Below, piece by piece: positions 36,662-50,787 of a DNA stretch of 64,000 nucleotides. How positions within the stretch are numbered: the stretch's first letter is position 1; the number at the start of each line of letters is the position of its first letter. The position numbers and the translations under genes are program-made. The stretch is from Yuukianura sp. NJ FZ-2021. Lineage: Eukaryota. The DNA is taken from the NCBI GenBank assembly GCA_046563655.1, contig CM102286.1, forward strand, positions 10,416,001-10,480,000, written 5' to 3'. The notes beneath the pieces are model-generated. The model saw only the letters and a list, made by a program, of their open reading frames with translations, made no database searches and was not told the DNA's origin.

Positions 36662-39600
36662 ATGTCGCCCTGGACGTTTGTATTTTGTTACATTTGCTTC
36701 AATGTCGCCATTTCCACTCACGCCAAACCCTCTGCCGGTAAGCAAAGTTTTTTTCTAGTTGTGAAAAGATTTGAAATGTAGAACGTTAATTCTTGCGAGT
36801 TTGTCCAGCATAACAGCGTATTTGAATTAACGACCAAAATATTTTAAGATTAATAACCGTTTCTTTCTTTAAAACAAGCATGCGCAGCAAATAGTGTCAG
36901 GCATTGATTTCAAATTAAAATGAAATGTCCATGATAAGATAGAAAACTGATTTCATTTTAAAAATCGCCCATTAAAAAATAATGAAATTGATTAAAAACA
37001 TCAGAAGTTGTTTAATAACGTTTTTGTTAACAGTACAAGATCCTGAAAAATTATTTCCAGCAGCTTCTGTGGAACAAACCGCGAATACAAGCATGCTAGA
37101 TGCAAGGAATTCCAGTACGAGTCGATCCTCTTCATGGGACGAATCCAGTGTAGATGGACCACTTTGGAAAGCGTCGGCGCGTTTGCCGTCTTCAATCAAA
37201 TCCGGAGGAACTGAACAGAGCAGGTACAATATACGTCGAGACGGTAGTTTATCAATTGCTTTAGAAGGTGACTCTAAACAATTCAGCGACTTCCCACCCC
37301 AGCCCAATAGGTATTTTTCATATGGTCCCACTCCTACTCACGGTCAATGGTCCCACCTTAGCAGTCCCACCCAAAAACCCACGGAACTCAAATCCTTTTC
37401 CGTTGTCATCTCCGACGTCGATGTCGTTGGGAGTTACGCACCGCTGGAAAGTTCAAAAGTGACGGACGCCTACTCATCTCTCGGTTGGGAAAGCTACAAA
37501 TTAAGTTCACATAGTATTCATCGCATGAATGCAGCATGGCGCCTAAATCCAAACAGTAGCACGCGTTTATCTGCCGATGACCTCGCCCATTTTTTGTCCC
37601 GCTACTCATCTCCATATGCCCGTCCCGGTTTCAACAAGCTTCCCAGAAATCCTGAAGAAGAGTCTGAAAGTTTAGACGGCTTTTCCGGAAATCCTGAAGG
37701 AAATTTTATGAATACCAACTTTTCAAGAAACTTAAACGGCCAACAAATGTCTCGTTCGGAAAATTCTACTGAGAGAAGATTGATTGAAAGTCGAATTCTT
37801 TCTAACGAGAGTCCTGAATACCGTGACCGAAAGAGTTCCAACAATAGTGAAATCTTGTTACAAGAATTGATGGCTCAACTTGAAAAGTTTGATCTTCAAA
37901 ATGGAAGTCATGCCGAGAATAATTCATTTAGTTCAAGTACTAATGGAGTCAATAACTCACAAATCCTTAAAGACACTCGAATGAACAATCCTCAATCTTC
38001 AAATTCATCAGAAACAGAAATAGATGCGGCCAATTTGAAGAAATTGATGACCCTCCTACTCAAAACGGGAGAATCCATCACATCCACAACTAAAGAAGGA
38101 GCACAAGTTGTCAATATCGTCTTGACACCAAATTCAACCGCACTTGACGAAAACCAAAGGATCCATTTTCTGCAGAATTCATACTTAAAGCAACTTTTAA
38201 ATTCGGCACTCGATGACCCCAGCGTGAGTTCAATCGCTCAACAAGTTGCTTCTTCGCTGTACTCACCCACGCCTCTTGGTGAAAAAAATTATGAAGTTGA
38301 AACTTTAAGTAATTTGGGTTCAGGAGCAACTGCGTGTGCAAATTGCAATCCTGCGGCGGATGTCGAGGTCATGCCGATTAATAACGAGCATTTAATTTCA
38401 AATAATCCACATTTAACGGTGTCTTCGACTCCTGATGGTTTTCCGCTGGCTGGAAATGGATTTCTGAATCTTAATCATCCAAACCTACAATTTCATCAAG
38501 CACTTCATCATCTAGTGATTAATGGCACCGCACCAACAATAGTTAATGCCACTGCTAAAACAAATGTCATCAACGTCTTTGTAATTAATTTTAAAACGAA
38601 TGCTCCGGCTACTCAAAATTTCAAAATTTCAGAAACTACAACACCGCCTCCGACTTCGACGATATTCCCATTCTTAGCTGGACTTAAACCTCCCGCAACG
38701 TTCAACCAACTTAACCAAATTCTTAGAGAAGTAACTCCTCCGCCATTGACAATCACAGCGCAATCCCCCTTTGCAACAATTCCCGAACAGCATCTAGAAA
38801 TTTTGAAACACCGTTTCAAAAATCCAAAACAATCTCCGTCTCACATTACCCCAATAAAACAAGACTTTGCATTATCCCATACTCCTCCTGTGATGAAGGC
38901 CCCTTCACCAGGAAGAATTGACATTTTGGATTTGCTTCCAGACGGTTTAAATTCTTATACAAAAGTTGAAAAAGATGACTTCAGAATTCCATTACCATCG
39001 AATTTGAAAAATTCTGAAGTTACAGACGACACTGACACGCCATTGTCCACACCGGAGCCTGACATTGCTCACCTGAGTTGGATTCTTCATCAAACATATT
39101 CTAATAAGCCTCAACCAAGACCAAGTATTTACCGAAATCGTCTTCTGCCATACCTGTCGCCTTTCCACAACAGTGAAGATGCGCTGAACAATGGAAACTC
39201 AAGACAGCCTTATATGAAATCCCACTTCGAAATTTCGAAAAAAGCGAATCCTAGTTCAATGACTGCTGATGAGCAACCAACCATGTCTGAAAAGAATGAA
39301 ACAGGATTTTATGATTTTTTTGGAACTATTAAACCAATCAGAAACCAGCCGGTGTTAATGGATAATGAAAATTCAGAACGTATCGGAATTGAACCGATCG
39401 TTAAGGGTAAACAGGAGTTTAATGGAACTGGCATGAAGACGCGGGTGAATAAACTTTTGACTGCTTTACGGGTCAATGCAGTTCCAACGTTAGCGGCTGG
39501 GGCTGCTATACCGATACCTCCATTGGCTCCTATGATAGCTTCTGATCATAGTCGTTTACAAAGAAGTGAAAATAGCTCTGCTTTCGCGTTACGATCAAGT

Positions 39601-40560
39601 GACACTTTGAAAGTGGAAAGTGGTTCCTGGTCAAAAGTGGGGGTTGTGCCAGAAATTGGCGAATCTAGCACAAGTGCAGCAACTGTCATTCGTTTGAAAG
39701 CTGATGTGAACGACACTGTCGAGCAGAAACAGTCGCTTGACGAGGGCACAGTTGAAAAGTGGATCAAAGTTGGTGTGATTAGCGAGGAGTCATTCTCACC
39801 TACTTTGAAATCCCAAAATAGTACAACAACGACATTGGCCTTCTCACCACCAGTAGTGAAACCACCAGTGGCGTCTGTGCTTAAGCCACAACTAATAGAA
39901 TCAGCCAACAAAAGAACATTAGAAAATGAATCGGCAAGGGATGTTCCGTTAGTTAAAAATTTTCTTAAAAATGTTCTTGCCAATGAATGGAACATTTCAA
40001 CCACGACCAACACGACCAACGTCTTTTCATTATCCCAACCATTACCACAACATACTTCAGAGTACACTGAAGAAACGTATGATTCTGGCTCATCTTCTTC
40101 ACCAATTTCCTTTGAAGAAGAAGGTACACAACAATTAGGACAAGAATTTGACAAGATCAACAGAACAAAAATAACTCTCGTCTCTCCCACGTTTGAAGCA
40201 GCAATTTCAAAAATTCCCTCGCATTCACAATCTCTAAATCTGAAACACGGAAGCTTTGCTCCCTTGCAGACTTTATCACCCCCGGCTTCTGATCACTTCT
40301 TCGCCTCAAATCTCAATCGAATCTTACCGCTTGATTCCCTTCATCATTTTGAATCAAATTCAAAAGCCAATCGAGTTCCCACCATTTTTGAAAAGAAAAA
40401 ACTGAGAAAGAAGTTGGGAGCCGTTATTCAAGAGGCTACCGCAGCCTACTCTGCCGGAGCTCTGCTTCCAATTTGGTTCCCTGTTCTTCTGGGGAAGTTT
40501 AATTTGGCAATGAATAATGAACTTCCCATAGACCAAACCATTGCTACTGAAAATAGTTAA
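36662..40560 (+). CDS. Large secreted Ser/Thr/Asn/Pro-rich protein
   Basis: Signal-peptide exon 36662-36737 (MSPWTFVFCYICFNVAISTHA) splices in phase to 37034; >1170-codon open exon with hydrophobic patches. May join 40858-42490. Confidence 0.75.
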
Positions 40561-40857
40561 AGTTGTATCGGGAGATTAATTGACTTAGCTCACAGCCTTA
40601 TTGGCACACATCGAAATTCCATTTATCAGATCCTGCCCTGCAAAAAAAATTGCAACAGCTTTCCTTTTATTTAGTGCCGATTTCTGGTAGTGGGAACGGG
40701 GATTCTAGGATAGTTGGGCTATGGGTGCTAATGGTTTTTGTTAACAAACCACTTAAGTATAGATGTCAAGTTATTAATAACAGATTTCAACAATAGACAA
40801 TCAAGTTGACAATTGAGACAAATGACAAACAACGGTCCTTTCTTTATGTTTTGACAG

Positions 40858-42490
40858 AGCAATTAGCACGGACAAGCCCTTGACAAAGGAATTGATGACG
40901 ACTGCTACTGCCGACGAACAATCAAATCCTGACGACTTGTTCCCACCAAACAGAAAACGAGATAATCGACGACTGTACAAGTTTGGTAAAAATACACACG
41001 GGAAATTTGATGACAATTTGGACACTTCTGGAATTGACGGAGAGCATGAAGAACCATTGGTACAATCGCTTTCGGCAATGGCATCCCATTTGATTGAGAG
41101 TCCCGAAGAATCCTTAGAAAATTCAGCTGAAAAAGACGTTTTTCTTCAAGCTCTTCATTTGGAAAATGCTCCACAAAATGATAACATTGGTGAACAAGAT
41201 TCTGAGAACCAAAATAATTCTGGTGGCGGAGAAGATGAGACTGGGGTTACCGGAACTCCGTTTGACCTTGACGAAGATAGTGCAGAACAAAAGGTCAAAA
41301 CAACTCTGACCTCAATGGAATTCGAAAGATTGCGGCCGCAATCTTGGTTTTCAGACAGCATTCTTTCTACTACTCCAAAAGGCCTAACGACATGGAGTGC
41401 CGTCAACGGTGGCGGCATCCACAGTCACAATCACCATGCAAATCTTGAGTTCAAACCTACAGTTCAAAAAATGCCGTTGCCAGAATACGCTTCAGGAATG
41501 CTAGACTTTCAATCTAATCGAATGACCACAACACCAAAACATTCCACCACTACGCCAAAACCATCCACGACAACCACAGCAGCACCAAAGCCTGTAACTC
41601 AAACCGACGCAACAACGACCACAACTGAGCTAACGACAATGGCTAACATAGCGCCTGCGCCTGCCCGACGCAAACCTCCTGCATACACCCGATTTAAACC
41701 GAAACGACCGACGCATGACAAATACATAAAGCCCCAACCGGACAATCTTGTTGCAAAACCAATCGCTTCTGACGAAACACACACTAGGTTTCAATTGGTT
41801 GTACCTGAAAAGAATGCCCAGTATAACCGACCCACAAAACGTCCTCAAGCATGGCCTATGAATCCGAGTACTAAAAATACAAAAACCACTCAAAGCCCTG
41901 TCAAAAAAACACCATTCTTGAGATTCACAAATAAGCCTTTCACTACCATGGTCAAGGCCACTAGGTCACCACCATCTCTTAGCCTAACAACGCCACCTAC
42001 AACAACTGTCAGCACTTCCACGACTGTTGCAAGTTCTACAACCGTTTACCTCAGAGATCCTTATCCCACTCCACTAATTAATGCATTTCCTCTATCATTT
42101 GCAAATATCCCGTTTTTTGATTTTCTTCGAACTCAAATTTTCCCGCGAATTGGGCTGAGTCTCCTCAGCCTAATGGCTTCTTCTCCCCTAATCCTAACGT
42201 TGCTTGGGTCGGGAGTAAGTGGAGTCGTGGGAAGGCGCAGAAGAGATGCCCATACGAATGACAATTTTGAAATTCAGGACGACTTGAGTGACAGACTTCT
42301 AAATTTGGACAAAGTGTTGAATGGGCGTGACAAAATTGTGAATAGGAGACAAAAGAGGAACGAAGATGAGCATCCTGCTGCTATTCTTTCCGCTAAATTC
42401 ACCGCATTGCTTGCAAGACTGCTTAACAAATACCTAGGCATTGAAATTCAAGGAATGAAAAAGAACGGAGAGAGCAAAGTTAAGACCTAA
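40858..42490 (+). CDS. Thr/Pro-rich mucin-like exon with a hydrophobic segment followed by GRRRR (probably the 3' part of the preceding gene)
   Basis: 536-aa ORF after the acceptor ttgacag; FPRIGLSLLSLMASSPLILTLLGSGVSGVVGRRRRD. Confidence 0.75.
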
Positions 42491-43673
42491 TGAATTTCCC
42501 TTTAGAAAAATTGGAATTTTGGAACATAGTTTTGCAAAGCTTTTTAACAAAAGTTGATTCGCTCAATCACTCACGACTTCGCTGCTTAGTTTAGCTTAAC
42601 CTACTCTTTTCAGCTTCAGGACGCTTTTCGTCAGCATAGTTTTTGAGGAAAGTTAATCACGTTCCGTTTTTCGATAATAAAAAGTTTTCACTTTCTGGGG
42701 TTTTAATAGCTTGAAATGTTTCCCATTTATAGTTTAATATTTATTATTTATAATTTATTATTAAATTATTTATCATTCACTCTTTTTTTTACTCTTAACA
42801 AAGCACCAATGGGCTTGTTGGTACCAATGTTAAATTTATTTGCAGTATGAATAAAATCTTAATTGAGTGTGACCGAAATGCCTATTTAGAAATTAAAACA
42901 CGTCATTACATTTGTGTTGCTTGAAATGTTGTTAGTCTCGCATCGTTTGTTTCCTTTTAAACAAAATTAATCGATGTTACCACAATAATATTTTTTAAAT
43001 CAGTTTTTAACAAGCATTGTGCAGTGAAGATGGTTGTTCCGAATGAGTTGACTTTTATTATCCAATAATTTTTTCATGGTTTGCGATTGATGGTGAAAAT
43101 GGAATTCCGAGTGCAATGGCCTTGCTCATGAGTTGAAAAATCCTTTTGTTTTTTTTTTCACCTGTAAATTACAGGCTGTAATATCCTACTGCTAAAAGAA
43201 CCTATTATTATCAATTCAGTTTGCATTTCCAATAGATCTGACATCATGTCAGATGGTTCCTCTGTTTCAGATCTTTTATTGGTTTCCTCACAGCCATAAC
43301 GTTTTGTACAAAATCAACGAGTAGGAAAAACGACGAAAATTATTGAAGTGTCACTTTGTTTAGATTTTTCAAATAATCTGAAAACGCAAACCCACGCATT
43401 TTCACCTCGTGTAAAAGACAGCTTAGGTTTCAGGTACCGATGGATAAGAGTGGGCTACAATTTTTAGTCCCAGTTTGTTTAATAGTTTTCGAGATTCTGG
43501 TTGCCTATTCATACGTTATTGAGCTTCACCACGAAACAAGTAAGTTAAAAAGAAAAGTTAGTGCCAAATTTCATTTCTGTTGCCGTTTATACTCAATATA
43601 GTATATTTAACACTTCAACACTTTTGCTTGTGCTAAAGGCATTTTTAATCTAGCCAATGATTTATGTATTTTT

Positions 43674-44425
43674 ATGATCGTAGAACCAGAAGAAAGCATT
43701 GGCACGACTGAACTTCGGCGGTATCCCAACGGAAGACGAGAACGAGCTGTTTCAAATGAATCCTTGTTTGAAACTACAACGGAACTTTCCCTGTACCGAA
43801 CAGAACCCACAAAACTGCAACAAGATATTTTGGCTGAATTAGAAGCTGTTTGGGACTACAAAGAACGGTCGGAAGATGAATCATTGAAGACCTCTTTGAC
43901 TTGTCTAATTCAGTTTACGTACGATCGACTTCAGTCAGAACCAGAACAAAGTTTGGAGCGCCTGAAATATCTTTTTACAAAATTTAGAGAACGCTTAAAC
44001 AGTGACAAAAGTCCTCTGCCACAATCGGTTTCACGGAAGCGAAGTTTCCACTTTAATCAAGAACAAGGTGCCAAAGAATTGGACACGCTAATTTCCGAAA
44101 TTTTAGAGCAACTGCAGAATTCGCTACAAAAGTAACTGACTCCTTTCCAGTTCGTTGACTTCGACTTAATTCTCGATTTGATTCACATATTACAAATGAC
44201 CAGCACGAAATTAGCAAATCAATAATTAGGAACTTCTTGGACGACCTCAGAACGCCCGCCAATATGGATCCAGTATACGAACAGCTTCAATGGTCAACGG
44301 AACTCGAAGTTTGCTTATTCGGTTTGTCGCCGGATTCAATCGTCTTAAAAAATATGTCAAGATGTTCATATTGCTTTTGTAATTTCATCGGGGATAATAT
44401 GGAAGCAGGGATGGCCATAAAATGA
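43674..44425 (+). CDS. Uncharacterised helical protein (uncertain model)
   Basis: 153-aa ORF with protein-like composition, plus a downstream 62-aa ORF. No family recognised. Confidence 0.35.
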
Positions 44426-44845
44426 TTCTACCACTGTTCCTTGCAAGGATCCTCTGGCCGCTGCCGCCAGTGTTATTACTTTTACTTTTTGACGGTATTC
44501 CTAGATAAATGCGTTCTAAATGAATCGCTTGTAAATTCACAAGCGATGTTTGGACGAAGAAAAATGCGGAACCAGAAAAACTCCCGCTAATCACCAGCAA
44601 CTTTTGCCTGTGAAGTACGATGAATTCGACAAATACTATGAGAAGTGAAAGACACTGCAAGAACTTTTTTTTTTGGTTACGGCGGCCTTGTCGGTTTCTA
44701 AAAAGAGTGTTAAAAAACAGAACTATTGACGTGAGGACATAAAATTTATAACATTTTGTTGTACATGATTATTTGATACCATCAACAAACGACAAATTCC
44801 TCTCGAGAAAAGTAGCAGCGACGAACGGAAAATGAAGATCAGCAA

Positions 44846-45262
44846 TAGTGCTTCAAGTTCGAACTTTAAAGTTCGAACTTCCGAACTCGAACTCGAATAT
44901 TTTTCCGGGTTCGAAGTTCGAACCTCAGGCAAAAGAGTTCGAACTTATAGGTTAATATAGGCAAAATATACAGCAATATATGGATTTCAACCAAAACCCA
45001 AACATTTTGCCGCAGGAGGCAGGAATAAATTTAACAAAAATTTAAACCCATCTGATTATTTTAGCTTGTGAGAAAGAATTCATATACAAAGAAAAGTACA
45101 TTTTAAATGTGACTTGCTAAATTGATCGCCTTCCACTTTTTTCACTGCCCATTGCTTTTTGCCTGTTAAAAAAGGTTCGAAAGTTCGAACTTGTTCTGAA
45201 GAAGTTCGAACTTAAAGTTCGAAGTTCGAACTTTTCATTTCGGGTCCGAACTTGAAGCACTA
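44846..45262. mobile_element. hAT-type MITE
   Basis: TIRs tagtgcttcaagttcg / cgaacttgaagcacta; perfect 8-bp TSD atcagcaa (44838-44845 / 45263-45270); many gttcgaac subterminal repeats. Confidence 0.92.
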
Positions 45263-45688
45263 ATCAGCAATATATAGCATATTTGACATCAGCATTAATT
45301 CATTTTTTTTTAGCAAATTTCAATTCTCGTTGCCAATGGCTACTGCTATCGCTGTGAACTTTCTGATGTAAACGTTGTGTAAATGCGATAGCTGGATATT
45401 TTAGAATGATTGTCTAGGTAACAATTTGGTGCAAAAATGTGGCATTGTTTTGATTTGATATTTTAAAACTTGGCGCGGAAAAGGTCAACTTGGAGTTGCA
45501 GCAATTTCGCTCTCGTTCTTTTTCTGCTCGTCTTTTTCTTTGAACGCATCCGGATTGACGCTTTGACAAAGATTTGTGTCGAAAGTATCCTTGCTGTTAC
45601 ACTGAAAAGGTATTGACATTTGAAAAATGTTTGTAGGTTTGACTGCTGTAATTGGCCAATTTTTAATTTGTGAACAATGTTTTAGAGC

Positions 45689-46642
45689 ATGATGTATTCT
45701 GGAGAGAATGGAAGATGTGGTGGTGGTTACAACCAGGACCAATGGAACGGAAGGTCGAATTGCGTCGGTCAACTCTATCGACATCGCGCAGACGCAATAG
45801 GTAGCTTAGGTTCTGGACGCCTCATGCAACCATCTTATCCTGTACTGGAAACGCGTATCATTCCGGATCTCCTTCGATTCAACCTTCCATGCAAGAACTT
45901 GATCGTCAACTACCTTCCGCAGAAGTTTACTGACAAAAATCTCTACGACATCTTCGTCCCATTTGGTCCAATCCATAGTGTCAAGATCATGCGCGAAGGA
46001 GTCGTAAAATCGATTTACTTAAAATAATCTCGTTATTCTCATTGAGTCAATCAGTTTTGGTTTTCACATTTTTAAATTTGTTTTAGACTGGATACTCTCA
46101 TGGATATGGATTTGTCAATTTTCTTCGTCAAGAAGATGCCATGGAAGCTTTGCAGGCCGTGCATGGGCGTCAGGTTGAAAGGAACAAGTACCTCAAAGTC
46201 TCCTTTGCTCGTCCTCCCTGTGAGGAAATCAAAAATACGAATTTGTACATTTCGGATTTGCCGCCAACGATGACCGTGGCGGAACTCGGCGCCATTTTTG
46301 GTCAATTTGGGCCCATTTTGCAGAAGAATCTACTTTTTGACAAAGTGACGGGAAGACCACGTGGAACTGCGTTTGTTCGGTAAAATACAATAATCAAGCA
46401 GTATCTCGATACTTTAGGCTGCCTGCATATGGTGTTCTCATTGGTTGATGATTTTTTCCAGGTTCGCTTATCGAGATGACGCTGCTCGAGCAGTTTCTTG
46501 TTTGAACAATTTCGTTCCTCTTGGAACTTGGAAACCAATTCATGTGAAAATAGCCAAGGAGCACGGAAGACAGAATCCTGGTGTTTTCTATCGACGCAAT
46601 CAGCAAACCAATGGTTTCGCCGGAAATGGTCGCGCGTTTTGA
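45689..46642 (+). CDS. Sex-lethal-like two-RRM RNA-binding protein (ELAV/Sxl family)
   Basis: Exons 45689-46003, 46087-46379 and 46462-46642 splice in frame. Motifs NLIVNYLPQ, TGYSHGYGFVNF, LKVSFARP, EIKNTNLYI, ILQKNLLFDKVTGRPRGTAFVR and AKEHGR match the Sxl RRM1-RRM2 layout. Confidence 0.88.
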
Positions 46643-47581
46643 AAATGTCAAGCTCCGCGCTAAAAGTCACAAAAAACTTAGAAATACTCAAAGAAAAAAA
46701 TATTAATCTGTTTCTTCATAATATAAAGCGTAGCTCTCAATTATGAAATGAATTGAAGCTGTAGTGTAAATAGGTGGGTTAAAATAATAAGTTGAAAAAA
46801 AAATAAATCAAAACTTAATAAAATAAATTTTCGTTAGTACATAATCTCATTGGATTAAAAAAAAGCTCGTGCTTTCAAAATGTTTATTTTATTCAAATCA
46901 AATCCTTGTAATAGTTTTGACCGAAGGCAGTGTCATGAAGTATTCCGTCTTGTTGGGTTATGGTTCGGCGAGTAATTGTGCCTCAACGTCTTTTTATGGT
47001 CTAGTTACTCCCTCTTACCTAATTCTTTCCAGGCACCCAGCGCCCTGAACTCTTCACACACTGCCCTTGACGTGCTCTTCATTTTCAGAAACCGTCAACC
47101 TACCTTGTTATGTCATTATTATGCGACAACAATTTTCAACCTAATGCTAACGGTGGATTCAGTTCTGCACAATAGTTCCGTTTTCTTCTTCTGTCGTAAA
47201 GCGTCCAGTCGTATCCTAAAGAAAACTGTCACACAAAATATTGTAATTTATTTTGAGTTGCACAGCAGGCTTGGGTGACATAATAAGATCAGCGAAACAA
47301 TACGGATAATAAAATATGAGTTTAGCTTAGGAGTTTTGTGTCATTTTAATCCAACTTCAACTTTTAAAGAAATCACGAATTAAATTAAACAAGAAATTGT
47401 TTCAAACAAAGCTTTTACATGTCAGTTGAAAGTTTTTCAAGGTTTGGACAAAGGAAATGTGACACATTTGAATCAACTCTAAGGTAACGTAAATTGACTA
47501 GGACTAAACATAATTAAACGTTGTTAAGTTTAGCCAGTTTCATATGTTTTTGGATTAAAAAACCAAACGTAATAATTTCAG

Positions 47582-50500
47582 ATGAGAAAGAAGCACACGC
47601 CGACAATAGTGAAAGTTGCATTTCAAACCGTTCTGTTAGTATACCTCATTTCACCCTCATCCCTGCTTTCTCCGCCTACACTGGAAGCTGAGGGAGGACT
47701 TCACACAAGCACAGTAAGACCATGGCCCAGTCACGAGTTTTTAGAAGGCTTAATTTCAAACCTCACTGGCTGGAAAAAATCAGGAGCTCTAACAAACAGA
47801 AGTGCTAGAATAACTTCAAACGTTGAACATGACTTAGAAAAAGTACATCAAGTCTCAACTGAAAATGTGTCAAATGTCGAAAATACAAATCCATCAAGCG
47901 ACAAAGTTCTGGAATCAGCACTTACTGTGGAAGTGCCAAATTCCCAAGTGGCTTCAAGAAATCTGGAATTTGATGTAGATTTAAATTCGGGAGAGCTCCG
48001 AATTTTGAATTTAAATTCAAGCTCACGTGGGATATTTCATATCAACACTACACATCATGATTCATCGGAAAGCGAAGTTTTTGTTCAAGACAGAAGTGCT
48101 GCCGACTTTGATGAAACTGGAGATTTGGGTATTTCTACATCAACTACAAGAAATAAAGCCGACGCACTTCAACGACTTGTGGACATTCGAAAATATCGTG
48201 ACGAAAACTTTTCAGCTAACAAAGGAGGGATGGGCGGCATTCATTGGGTGAACGGTTCTAAGCTTCAGCGCCGAATTCAAAATATTCGCAGCATGGCACC
48301 TTCTTTTCGCAAACTTTGGGCCGTGAATTCCTTCGGGATTCCAGCAGGTCCCACTGCGCCAGTTATTCCGTTGTTCACAGGATTACCTCCAAAGGAAACC
48401 GCTCTGGAATCACCTCTAAAGATCTCGGATACTAAAAACGCCCCGCCTGTTCCGCAACGTCACATGGGGCGAATTCCAGCCGTAAGTTTGGGAATTGCGC
48501 CGGTGCGATTGAAGCCAACGGCTGCAAAACCATCAAAATTCACTTCTAAGCCGATTGCTTTTTATTCGTCAAAAGTGGATCTTATACCGGGGCCAACAGG
48601 ATCAAGCTCATTAGAATCCATATTTGACTTTTCCCGGCCAACTCCCGCTCGAACATCCAAAACAAAGCCGAAGCGTCCATTATCGCCTGCAATAGCGGCA
48701 GAAACAGAAGTCGATGAGTTCAAATCAAGCGATGAAGAACCGATTACGACTTCAGCCTCGACTACTGCTGTTCCCACTGTATCAGAAATTCTACTGAAAA
48801 TTTGGTCTTACACTAAAGATGGCTTGAAGCTTCAATTCCTTAAACAAGTTCCATCAGTTCTTTCACAGGGGCTCAATTTAAGTGATGACGATGTTTTAAA
48901 TTTGGAAAGTCTCCCGCTTCAGATGAGAAAAAATGTTGCATCTGCTTTCAATCTAACCAACTCTATAAGCAAAAGACACAGTGGACCTGGTGACTTTGAA
49001 GCATTTCATTGGCAACAACTTCCAAGCGTCAGTCCTAGGACGACATCAACAACGACACATTCCCCTTCCATACTGCGCCGTTCGCGATGCCACCGAGGCA
49101 AGTAGCCCTCAATTATATAATTTGGTCAACGCCAACAACGACGCCAGCACCTCCCTCCACGACGCACTCCCAACTACTGGCAGACGCAATTGCCAATCTT
49201 TTGTTAAATGCACCAGTGATAAATTCGACACCAATTTCCATATACTCTTTGAATTCTCAAGATTCAGGTTTGTCACTTGAACATTGTTTTTCAAATTTTA
49301 AATTTTAAATCTGTTAGTTTTTTCTTGTTTTGCGTTAAGTTTTGAAACTTTTTTCATTCTTTTTAGGCTTGAACAAAATAAGCGAAAATGAATTAATGAC
49401 AAAAGTTGCATCGATGGCTCACATGATCTCAAAAATTAACAAAGAATTTGGAACACGGAAACCTTCCAAGCATCAACTTAATCCAGAATACGGTAAACCA
49501 TTAAAGAATTCTGAAAGTAATCAAGAAAGTAGCGTTGAAACGCCTACTGGTTTGGCAACTCTTTTTCCAATGTACATCAATAGTCTCAAGTTCACACAAT
49601 CTGCAATTAGCGGTGATCGATTCCCACTGCAAAGCCCAACCGCGCCTTCACGACCAATCAGAGGAACTGAAAAATCTGTCATTTCATCACAGTCGAATGA
49701 CTACGGATTCTATCCTCACTCGGCTCCAGGAGGCATTGTTACTAAAACCCGACCTCTTACATACACGGATGACTTTTCCTTGAAGAATATTAGGAAAAAA
49801 TTAAAGAAGAAAAAGAAAAGGAAAAGGAAGAATTCCACTAAGGCTTCGACGTTTTGGGATCCCGGAAATTTTGACTTGAACTACAGTTTTGGAGTAGACT
49901 TTCTTGCAGCGTTGCGAAATATATTTTATACAGTTTTGGCAGTCAAAGCGGCTCCGTGGATTCTCTTGGCGCTGCTAGCAATTATACCACTAGCAATTGT
50001 AGTATTTCCGACAATTTTCAAAGGAGCGAAACTCGCAGAATGGATTTGGAGAATCTTACATCCGGCTACCAAAATTCATCACCACTACTATCCACACACC
50101 TTCAAACACGTCCACCATCGACCGATCTACGCAGGATGGTCACCAGCTCACGCTGGATGGGCTCCACCACAGCCAATCTACAGCGGATGGTCGCCAATAC
50201 CACGCTACCGCGGATGGTCGTTTCCAGCCCACAGTGAATGGTCGCCTCCATCTAACAGCGGATGGTCGCCTCCCCGTTACAGCAGTTGGTCGTCAACGCC
50301 AGGCCCCATTGGGTGGTCTCCACCAATTTACAAAGGATGGTCGTCTACGCAGAGACCAAGATATCGTGGATGGTCACGACAGAAAACACACCATCGTAGA
50401 ATGGAGGATTCCAGTGATGACGTTGTTCCAAGCATCAGTTCACTGGTGGAGGAAACGTATGGACAACAAGAGACTTCAATTGACGATCAACCTACTGCTC

Positions 50501-50787
50501 ACCATATAGAGGATGGTCAACTGACTACAACGGCGTACTCGCTGGATTCCGCCGAACTTGATACTCTTCACAATCGCAAAGTAATGGAAATTCTAATGAA
50601 TGCCAAAAATATTACGCTACAAAAACTGCTGGAAAGTTGGGAGTTGGAATTCCCACTGCCAAGCAAAACGTTGGGTGAAAGAACCATCGATCCTGGAAGC
50701 GAGGGTGAACGTAAACGAAAAAAGAGGAGCCTGTGCACTCGCAAAAAGCGAGTGTTGCAAATTCCTGCCTCAACAACAGTTACTTAA
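47582..50787 (+). CDS. Large secreted/membrane protein with poly-Lys tract, TM helix and GWSP repeats
   Basis: Signal-like N-terminus; frameshift near 49070; intron ~49268-49366; KKLKKKKKRKRK; APWILLALLAIIPLAIVVFP; HHHYYPH; about 10 (G/S/E)W(S/A) repeats. Confidence 0.7.
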
